From: Pseudomonadota bacterium
GTDB taxonomy: Bacteria > Pseudomonadota > Alphaproteobacteria > Sphingomonadales > Sphingomonadaceae
Direction of reading: 5' to 3'
Assembly (NCBI GenBank): GCA_016781555.1
Contig: JADDQD010000182.1
Span: forward strand, 1 to 46,688
Length of the DNA stretch: 46,688 nucleotides
Shown: positions 1 to 7,245 of the stretch, one piece after another
How the letters are laid out: every line of letters starts with the position of its first letter
Numbering within the stretch: position 1 is the stretch's first letter
Notes under the pieces: model-generated
Told to the model about the DNA's origin: nothing
The model's database searches: none
Seen by the model: only the letters and a program-made list of their open reading frames with translations
Program-made: the position numbers and the translations under genes

Positions 1-2
1 AA

Positions 3-1085
3 AGCCGCCGCATCGACAATCAGCTTCGCGGTCGCTCAGGCCGCCAGGGCGACCCCGGGCTCAGCCGATTCTACCTCAGCCTGGACGACGACCTCCTGCG
101 GATCTTCGGTCCTCAGACCATGTTCGCGCGCCTGATGAACAAGAATCTTGAGGATGGCGAAGCGATCGTCAGTCCCTGGATCTCCAAGGCCATCGAAACC
201 GCGCAGAAAAAGGTCGAGGCGCGTAATTACGACATCCGCAAGCAGGTCGTCGAGTATGACGACGTCATGAATGACCAGCGCAAGGTCATCTACGAGCAGC
301 GTTCGGACATCATGGATGCCGAGACGGTTGGCGATGTCGTCGAGGACATGCGCGCCGAGACGGTCAATACAATCGTGGGAGAGGCCTGCCCGCCCAACTC
401 GTATCCCGAGCAGTGGGACATCGAGCACATGAAGAGCCGCGTGCAGGACGTGTTCGGTCTGCAGCCGCCGATCGACGACTGGCTCCAGGAAGAGGCCGTC
501 GATCCCGAGCTTCTCGTGGACCGGCTGCGCGCCGAAGCCGATGCGCAGATCGCGCAGAAGGTCGCGCAGATCGATGCAGAAAGCTACGTGCAGATCGAAA
601 AGAGCGTTCTTCTTCAAACCCTCGACCACCATTGGAAAGACCATCTCGCGATGCTCGACGCGCTCCGGCAGGTCGTCCATCTGCGCGCTTACGCGCAAAA
701 GAAGCCGATCGACGAGTATAAGCACGAGGCGTTCGCGATGTTCGAGCGGATGCTCGGGCAGATCCGGGAAGGGGTGACGCGAACGCTCGCGTGGGCACAG
801 TTCAGCTATGGGGAGCCGGAGCCCGAATTCGGCGGTGTGCCCGATTGGATCACGCACCACATCGACCCGCTCACCGGCGATGACGACACGGCCGACATCG
901 ACGCGGCGAGCGGCAACATTCTCTCGCGTCTGCCGCCGCTCGCAATGCCGCAGCCGGAGATGCCGCAGCAGCCTGCAATGGAGGGCGATCTCGCACTGGA
1001 TGAGTTGCCGAGCGTCAGCCGGAATTCACCGTGTCCGTGCGGCTCGGGGCGGAAGTTCAAGCACTGCCACGGTCAGCTCGCCTGA
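3..1085 (+). CDS. secA: Preprotein translocase ATPase SecA, 3' part (5' end outside window)
   Basis: Frame is open from position 3: [19 protein letters not shown] (motif VI), then [27 protein letters not shown], ending in the SEC-C zinc motif [14 protein letters not shown]. Confidence 0.98.
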   Translation, partial: SRRIDNQLRGRSGRQGDPGLSRFYLSLDDDLLRIFGPQTMFARLMNKNLEDGEAIVSPWISKAIETAQKKVEARNYDIRKQVVEYDDVMNDQRKVIYEQRSDIMDAETVGDVVEDMRAETVNTIVGEACPPNSYPEQWDIEHMKSRVQDVFGLQPPIDDWLQEEAVDPELLVDRLRAEADAQIAQKVAQIDAESYVQIEKSVLLQTLDHHWKDHLAMLDALRQVVHLRAYAQKKPIDEYKHEAFAMFERMLGQIREGVTRTLAWAQFSYGEPEPEFGGVPDWITHHIDPLTGDDDTADIDAASGNILSRLPPLAMPQPEMPQQPAMEGDLALDELPSVSRNSPCPCGSGRKFKHCHGQLA

Positions 1086-1104
1086 GCTGACCGTGCGCAA
1101 GGAT

Positions 1105-1209
1105 TAGAGTGCTTTCTAGTCAGGTGGAATCACCTGACGGCTCGGAAAGCACGGCGACAAAGGTAAAGTAGACCCGTTCCCGGTTCAGCATGAACGGGAA
1201 CGAGTCTAG
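1105..1209. repeat. RIME/Bru-RS-like double-hairpin intergenic palindromic element
   Basis: Starts TAGAG, ends TCTAG. Hairpin 1 is GTGCTTTC..GTCAGGTG-GAAT-CACCTGAC..GAAAGCAC, followed by an A-rich linker. Hairpin 2 is TAGAC-CCGTTCCC-GGTTCA-GCA-TGAAC-GGGAACG-AGTCTA. The layout matches rhizobial intergenic mosaic elements as I recall them. Confidence 0.75.
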
Positions 1210-1841
1210 GCGTATTTGAAGCCTTCCTTGTTCATCATCGATGTGATCTGCGCGTTCTGCTCGGCCGAGAGCTGATCGCGCAAGCGCGGAAAGACTTCTT
1301 CCTCTTCCTCCTGCATGTGCTGCTCGATCATGGTGCGGAAATCCCGGACGCGCGCCAGCCACTCGGGGCTATCCTTCGGCATCATCTCGAGCTCATAGAG
1401 ATATGTCTTCACGTAGCCATGCTCGTCGCCCAGATGGTCGGCGTCATGGACGTAATTCGCTTGGCGCAGCGCCGGGTAGATCACCATCTCTTCTTCGAGC
1501 CCGTGCTTGGTAAGTGCATATTTGAGCTTCATCAGCAGCGCTGAACGCTGCGTTGTCTGGCTGTCTTCGGTGGCCTCGATGCTGTCGAAGATTCCCTTAG
1601 TAACGGCGTGCTCCGCCTTTAGCGCGTCGAACCAATCGCCAGCGGCGCCTCCGCTGGCGAGTTGCATGAGGAGCTTGCGCCCGGCATTGGCGGCAAGCCC
1701 GACCGCTGCGCCGGCGACCGCAGCACCCACAATCACGCCGGTGCTACCGCTGGCCCAGCTGAAGATGCCTTCACCTGAGCTTCCATCGCTGCTGCCTTTA
1801 GACTGAGAACCGCTGTTCGTGGATTTCGACTTGGTTGGCAT
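1206..1841 (-). CDS. Hemerythrin (HHE cation-binding) domain protein with N-terminal hydrophobic segment
   Basis: H...HxxxEE (HGLEEE)...H...HxxxEE (HMQEEE) pattern, each HxxxEE followed by YP/FP. Start placed at ATG 1841 behind a CAGGAGG RBS. Confidence 0.88.
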   Translation of the reverse strand: MPTKSKSTNSGSQSKGSSDGSSGEGIFSWASGSTGVIVGAAVAGAAVGLAANAGRKLLMQLASGGAAGDWFDALKAEHAVTKGIFDSIEATEDSQTTQRSALLMKLKYALTKHGLEEEMVIYPALRQANYVHDADHLGDEHGYVKTYLYELEMMPKDSPEWLARVRDFRTMIEQHMQEEEEEVFPRLRDQLSAEQNAQITSMMNKEGFKYA

Positions 1842-1870
1842 TGTGACCTCCTGATCAACTCTGCTTCGCA

Positions 1871-1896
1871 AACTTTCGGCAGCTCCAAACTGTTCC
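1871..1896 (-). promoter_or_regulatory. Putative EcfG/SigT (general stress response) promoter
   Basis: Minus strand reads GGAAC-N17-AGTT, ending 30 nt before the hemerythrin start. Known consensus is GGAAC-N16/17-CGTT. Confidence 0.6.
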
Positions 1897-2072
1897 GGGC
1901 GCGAATTGGATAGGGTCGGGCGAGTTGGGGAGCGAGCGGAGCAGGCGATCTGCTAGGCTGAGCGCTTTGCTCCGCGACATCCCAGCGCCGGAGCGACTGA
2001 AGCGCCGCGCCGACATTCAGTCGTTCTTAGCACCCGGCACGTAGGCTGACCGCTTCAGCGGGGGAGGCGCGG

Positions 2073-2840
2073 ATGCGCGGCAAGTGTAGCGGTTGTCGTG
2101 GAGGACAGGATTTACCCTTTTCAATCAGAACTGCGTTTCACCCAATCGTCGATCTGTCGACGGGGCTGCCATACGCTTATGAGGCGCTCGTCCGCGGAAC
2201 GAATGGTGAAGGGGCTGGCACCATCCTTGCTCAGGTAACCGATGAAAATCGCTACGCCTTTGACCAGGCCTGCCGCGTCAATGCGATACGCGAAGCAGTC
2301 GCTGCGGGCATTCTGAAAAGCGATGCGAAGCTTTCGATCAACTTCCTTCCCAACGCCGTATACTCGCCGCTCGCGTGCATTCAGCTCACGCTGCAAACCG
2401 CGCAAGAAACAGGTCTCCCCACGGACCGCCTGATTTTCGAATTCACCGAGAATGAACGGATTGAGGTTGGCCACCTGCGGTCCATCATTTCAGCTTATCA
2501 GGCACTCGGCTTCGTGACAGCCATCGACGACTTCGGCGCTGGACATGCCGGCCTCGGACTGCTCGCAAACCTGCAAACGGACATGATCAAGATCGACATG
2601 GACCTCATCCGTGCGATCGACAGCAGCCTACCGCGGCGTCACATCGTCGCCGGATTGGTGAAGCTCTGCCAAGACATGGGCATCACGCTCGTAGCAGAGG
2701 GCGTCGAAACCGCGGCCGAGCTGGACGTGCTCGCAGGACTTGGGATCCGTTACGTGCAAGGCGTTCTGTTCAGCCGGCCCGAAATCGGTATCTTGCCGGT
2801 TGTTCAGGTTCCCGTAGCCCGGGCCACCATGGCCGCGTGA
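2073..2840 (+). CDS. Stand-alone EAL-domain protein (probable c-di-GMP phosphodiesterase) with N-terminal CxxC
   Basis: Motifs AFHPIVD, YEALVRG, SINF, FEFTE, AIDDFGAG, IKID, VAEGVET and YVQG. GGGGGAGG RBS. Confidence 0.92.
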   Translation: MRGKCSGCRGGQDLPFSIRTAFHPIVDLSTGLPYAYEALVRGTNGEGAGTILAQVTDENRYAFDQACRVNAIREAVAAGILKSDAKLSINFLPNAVYSPLACIQLTLQTAQETGLPTDRLIFEFTENERIEVGHLRSIISAYQALGFVTAIDDFGAGHAGLGLLANLQTDMIKIDMDLIRAIDSSLPRRHIVAGLVKLCQDMGITLVAEGVETAAELDVLAGLGIRYVQGVLFSRPEIGILPVVQVPVARATMAA

Positions 2841-2966
2841 CTGCTCCCACCGAGCCTCGATCAAGCCCTGCTTAGGAGAGAGTTGGAAGCGTGCAACGGG
2901 CGAGCCAGTGCGTTTCTTATCGCGAGGCAAGGCTACAGCTTGCCTGCTCTTGGGTCGAGAGCTTGG

Positions 2967-3041
2967 TGGCTCCGGCGGTAGGATTCGAACCTACGACCAA
3001 CGGATTAACAGTCCGCTGCGCTACCGCTGCGCCACGCCGGA
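2967..3041 (-). tRNA. tRNA-Asn (GTT)
   Basis: 75 nt: TCCGGCG acceptor stem, anticodon loop CTGTTAA, T-loop GGTTCGAATCC, encoded CCA. Confidence 0.98.
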
Positions 3042-3069
3042 ATGACCAAGCTGCCTTTGGGCAGGCGCG

Positions 3070-3099
3070 CCTATAGCAGCATGTTTTTCCCGTTCGCAA
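3070..3099 (-). promoter_or_regulatory. Putative sigma70 promoter of tRNA-Asn
   Basis: Minus strand TTGCGA...GCTATAGG followed by a GC-rich discriminator, about 30 nt upstream of the tRNA. Confidence 0.55.
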
Positions 3100-3116
3100 G
3101 CATGTGCGTGCGGATT

Positions 3117-3899
3117 TCAGACCGCGAATTGCTCCATGGTGATGCGCTCGTCGAGAGCATGTTCCGGATCAAACAGCAAGCTGAGCGCCTGGCTGCGATC
3201 AACCCGGACTTCAACGGTGGCGACATCACGGACCTCGAGCTGGTCGGCGACTGCCGACACGGGTCGCTTCACGGGATCGAGCACTCGGAACATGATCTTC
3301 AAATCGTCGGGCACGAGCGCACCGCGCCAGCGGCGGGGGCGGAAAGGGCTGATTGGCGTCAGCGCAACCAAGTTCGAGCCGAGTGGCAGGATGGGTCCTT
3401 GCGCCGAAAGGTTGTACGCCGTCGAACCTGCCGGGGTCGCCACCAGGACCCCGTCGCAGACGAGTTCCGGAAGCACGATCCGTCCATTTATCGAAACCTC
3501 GATCCAAGCCGTTTGGCGGGTCTCCCGCAGCAGTGAGACTTCGTTGATTGCGGGGTTGGTAAGCCGCTCACCCCGCACCGTCACCGCCTCCATCTTCAGC
3601 GGGGCAACGGAGAAGCGTCTCGCGCTGTTCAACCGCTCGCGAAGAGCTTCAAGCCGCCATTCGTTCATAAGAAAGCCGACGGTCCCGCGATTCATACCGA
3701 ACACTGGGCACACGGTCTGGCGCTCGAGCATCTCGTGCAGGGTCTGAAGCAGAAATCCGTCGCCTCCAAGCGCGACGATCTGCTGAGCCTCTTCCAAAGC
3801 AACGAATTGGTAGCGTTGGCGGAGCAATGCTTCGGCTGCTTGCGCCGCTTCGGTGGGCGAAGCGAGGAGGGCCGTCGGTCTGTCCGCGTTCGCCGTCAT
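3117..3899 (-). CDS. nadK: NAD kinase
   Basis: LGGDG motif, GMNRGTVGFLMN, NE motif (AINEV) and DGVLVATPAGSTAYNLSAQGP. Start set to MTANAD. Confidence 0.96.
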   Translation of the reverse strand: MTANADRPTALLASPTEAAQAAEALLRQRYQFVALEEAQQIVALGGDGFLLQTLHEMLERQTVCPVFGMNRGTVGFLMNEWRLEALRERLNSARRFSVAPLKMEAVTVRGERLTNPAINEVSLLRETRQTAWIEVSINGRIVLPELVCDGVLVATPAGSTAYNLSAQGPILPLGSNLVALTPISPFRPRRWRGALVPDDLKIMFRVLDPVKRPVSAVADQLEVRDVATVEVRVDRSQALSLLFDPEHALDERITMEQFAV

Positions 3900-4021
3900 C
3901 CGCGCCTTGCTAGGGCGGAAGAAGCCGGGCGGCAAGCAGCGCTTGTCCCATGGCGGGCCAGCGTCGGAATGGTCGTTGGCGGCGCGGATTGCGCGGAGTA
4001 GAGGCTTGGCAGAGGCGGCCC

Positions 4022-6070
4022 ATGGCGGATGATGGAATGAAGCGAGCGAATAGCGGCGGGCCCGCCCCCCTCTTCGTGCTCTCATTCCGTCATCGAGACG
4101 AGCTGACGCGCATTGCCGAAGCTGCCGGGTGGCAGCCGATTGCTGCGCGGCGGACGCTCAACGCGGAAAGCCGCTTCGTCGCCTCCGGCGCCTCGGTTGC
4201 GGTGATCGACGCGCGCGGAGCTCTGGATGAAGGGCTCGAAGCGGCGCGCGCACTCGCCGATCCGGTGGAAGCTAATGCCGCCGCCTTGCTGGTGCTCGTG
4301 TCGCGGAACGATGGCGCCGCACTCGATCAGTTCCATGCCGACGGCGCAACGCACTTCCTGGTGAGCCCCTTCAGCGACCGGCAATTCGTGCAGGCGGTGC
4401 AATTTGCAGAACGTCATGCCGAGCGTGTCGGCGGTGGCCAGCGGGAGCGCAGGGCGCAGGGGGTGGACACTGGAAGGCGCGCGTCATGGCGCTGGCAGCC
4501 GGGTTCCCCCGACGTGGAACTCAGCCCGTTGCTTGCCCGGAGGATGGGTCTTGGCGGGGAGGAAGCGCAGCGGATCACGCTTATGGAGCTATTTCGCAAA
4601 CTCGATCCGGATGGTCGCCGGGCCGCTCGGGGCGCAATCGACCGCGTCATCACGACTGGGCAACCAACCGCCTTCGCTCACGCGGACGGCGCCGGTGCGA
4701 GGGTCGCGCATCACCTCCGGATCGAAGGCGAGGCCGGCGGAGTGCTTGGCGTTACCGAAACGATTCAACCCCGCTTCTCCAGCGCTTTGCCGGCACGCGA
4801 TCCGATGACGGGCCTTCGCGACGGACGCGCACTGCGCGTGTGGGTGCAGGAACAGCTGGACATGAAAGCGGAACCGACGCTGCTGCTCCTGGCTGTCAGC
4901 CGCTTCGACGCGATCAATGCTGCCTTCGGACGCGCTACCGGCGACACCGCGCTTCAGGCAGCCGCTCGCCGGATCGAGCGGATCGTTGCCGCCGACGCAA
5001 AGAGCCGCTTTGTTGCACGCGTCGCCGGCGCGCAGTTCGCGATCGCACTGTCGGCACCGGCAGGGCTTGAAGAAGGGCGCTTCCTTGCTGGGCAATTGGT
5101 GGAAGCGCTGGCGAGGCCTTTCATGTGCGGTGACCATGTGATTACGCTTGGCAGCCGCGCCGGCGTCGTAGCGTGCGAGGCCGGTGATGATGCGGCGGCT
5201 TTGCTGCGTCGCGCAAGTGCGGCTCTTGCGGAAGCTAAGGCAGCCGAGGCAGGCCCGATCCGCGTCCTCAAGATTGGAGCGCAGGGCGAAAGCGCGCTCG
5301 GCAACAGGCTCGAGATCGATCTCAGAAAGGCGCTCGACCAGGATGAGATCGAGATCCTCTTTCAGCCGCAGGTCTCGATCACGAGCGGTCGCATCATCGG
5401 TGTGGAGGCGCTGGCGCGGTGGCAGCATCCGGATCTGGGTGAACTCGGGGCCGTCACCTTGTTCAGCGTGGCCGAACGTTCAGACTATGTCACGCAGCTT
5501 TCTGATCACGTGCAGCGCAAGGCAATAACCGCCGCAGCGCACTGGCCCCAAGCGCTCGCTAACCTGCGGCTCTCAGTCAACATCACTGCCGCAGATATCG
5601 TGCGCCCCGGGTTCGCCGCGCAATTCCTGGAGCTCGTCCAAGAGAGTGCCTTTGACCGCGGGCGGCTTACCGTGGAGGTAACAGAGAGCGGCCTAATCGA
5701 GGACCTGAACGCTGCGGCGCACCTATTGGCGAGCCTCAGGGAAGGGGGCCTCCGAGTTGCCATTGACGATTTCGGCACCGGCTATTCGAGCCTTGCTTAC
5801 CTAAAGGCGCTGCCGCTCGACTATTTGAAAATCGACAAGCGCCTGTCTGAGGATATTACCGGTAGTCCACGCGATCGGGTCGTGGTCCGCAGCGTCATCG
5901 ACATGGCCCGTTCGCTCGGCCTTGGAGTTATTGCAGAAGGCGTGGAAACGCAGGAGCAGCTGGACCTGCTGGCACAAGAGGGATGCACGGTCTACCAGGG
6001 CTTCCTGTGCTCGCCGCCCGTTGGACTGAATGAGCTCATGGGCTTGGTGGCAGCCAGGCCGGGGCGTTGA
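4022..6070 (+). CDS. Degenerate-GGDEF/EAL protein with N-terminal receiver-like and PAS-like regions (probable phosphodiesterase)
   Basis: The GGDEF position reads AGAQF. EAL domain is intact (VEALARW, SVN, EVTE, DDFGTGYSSL, LKID, AEGVET, YQG). N-terminus has the receiver-like GATHFLVSPF. Start uncertain (4022 or 4037). Confidence 0.9.
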   Translation: MADDGMKRANSGGPAPLFVLSFRHRDELTRIAEAAGWQPIAARRTLNAESRFVASGASVAVIDARGALDEGLEAARALADPVEANAAALLVLVSRNDGAALDQFHADGATHFLVSPFSDRQFVQAVQFAERHAERVGGGQRERRAQGVDTGRRASWRWQPGSPDVELSPLLARRMGLGGEEAQRITLMELFRKLDPDGRRAARGAIDRVITTGQPTAFAHADGAGARVAHHLRIEGEAGGVLGVTETIQPRFSSALPARDPMTGLRDGRALRVWVQEQLDMKAEPTLLLLAVSRFDAINAAFGRATGDTALQAAARRIERIVAADAKSRFVARVAGAQFAIALSAPAGLEEGRFLAGQLVEALARPFMCGDHVITLGSRAGVVACEAGDDAAALLRRASAALAEAKAAEAGPIRVLKIGAQGESALGNRLEIDLRKALDQDEIEILFQPQVSITSGRIIGVEALARWQHPDLGELGAVTLFSVAERSDYVTQLSDHVQRKAITAAAHWPQALANLRLSVNITAADIVRPGFAAQFLELVQESAFDRGRLTVEVTESGLIEDLNAAAHLLASLREGGLRVAIDDFGTGYSSLAYLKALPLDYLKIDKRLSEDITGSPRDRVVVRSVIDMARSLGLGVIAEGVETQEQLDLLAQEGCTVYQGFLCSPPVGLNELMGLVAARPGR

Positions 6071-6160
6071 TCATCAACCGCCCTTTCTCGCCAACTCAAG
6101 ACCAGATGGTCACGCGCTTAACAGCTTCAGGAGTGGCGCTGGCGAGGGAAGAAGCGCCCG

Positions 6161-6556
6161 CTAGGGAATGATGCGGCGGGGTGTTCCCCAGAAGTCCCTT
6201 GGCCCGCGCTCAGCCGCCATGTCCCCCGAGGATCTGCCCTTCTCCAACTGAGCGTTCCACTTGGCCAATAGGTAATCGCTAATCGGGGTTGAAAACTGCA
6301 TCCCGAATTCGTCTTCTCTCGACCAGCGAATGGTGCCGCTGAGGCTGTGAAATGCTTCAAGAGCAATCTGCACGCGCGTTCCCGGTCCAAGCGGACCTTC
6401 CAATGAGCGAACTTTGCACCCACCGTGCGAAACGTTAAGGAGCTCAGCGCGATAGAAGCGATTGTTCGCGACCAGCGTGGCGCTGCAGCTCATATCGTTA
6501 CGCGGCGGACGAGGCCGCTGCTTTGGTTCCGCTACGACTTTGCTGAAAATCCCCAC
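6161..6556 (-). CDS. Single-domain PilZ protein
   Basis: RPRPPR c-di-GMP switch region, NVSHGG (D/NxSxxG) and FGMQF. GTG at 6556 preferred because of the GGGGAGGT RBS. Confidence 0.85.
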   Translation of the reverse strand: MGIFSKVVAEPKQRPRPPRNDMSCSATLVANNRFYRAELLNVSHGGCKVRSLEGPLGPGTRVQIALEAFHSLSGTIRWSREDEFGMQFSTPISDYLLAKWNAQLEKGRSSGDMAAERGPRDFWGTPRRIIP

Positions 6557-6755
6557 GATTCTACCTCCCCCAGAATGTCCTAGGAAAGATTCCATAACAG
6601 ACCGTAAAAGCGCCGGCCGGCTGAGGCAGGAAAAGAAGCGCGCTGCCGGAAGGCAGTTGCTCCTTCATCGCGAATGCTAGTGGAACTCAACCCGCCATTT
6701 TATAAGCGCGGGAGAGGCTGGCCTGCTAAGGGGCCGTCATGGCAGGCACAGCATC

Positions 6756-7154
6756 ATGAGCGGCCCCGACAACCTCAGCGGCTTGTGGCTCGGCAGCTTC
6801 TCCTATCCCCAAGGCACCGGGCCAGTTACACCATTCCTGGCTTCCATAGAGGATGAGGACGGCAGCCTTCGCGGCACCACCGTCGAACCGAACACGATGG
6901 GCCGCTCAAGCAATCAGCTCGAGGCACTGCTTTCGGGCAGCAGGGCAGGGGACGCTGTCGACTTTACCAAAATGTATGACGGTGAGAGCGATGCCGCCCA
7001 CGCGGTCGACTATGTCGGCAGGGTCTCAAGCGACGGCGCTTCGATCACGGGGGTTTGGAGCCTTGGCGAGGCCGACGGAACCTTTGAGATGCATCGCGAG
7101 GCAGTTTGGGAAGAACGGATGGGAGCTGACGCTTCGGTGGTGAAGATCGGGTAA
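6756..7154 (+). CDS. Hypothetical protein (acidic, beta-strand rich)
   Basis: 132-aa ORF with plausible composition that fills the gap between PilZ and mfd. No recognised family motif. Confidence 0.75.
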   Translation: MSGPDNLSGLWLGSFSYPQGTGPVTPFLASIEDEDGSLRGTTVEPNTMGRSSNQLEALLSGSRAGDAVDFTKMYDGESDAAHAVDYVGRVSSDGASITGVWSLGEADGTFEMHREAVWEERMGADASVVKIG

Positions 7155-7245
7155 GGCGCTTCCGTCGCGCCGGCGCGGCGGGCCTGTAACAAAAGACTTC
7201 GACTTCATAGAAACGTGAGGGGTGTCCACCTCACTCGATCAGCCT

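Noticed and set aside
2967-3041. tRNA-Asn as the attachment site of an integrated island
   Set aside because: I found no integrase and no direct-repeat copy of the tRNA 3' end in the window.
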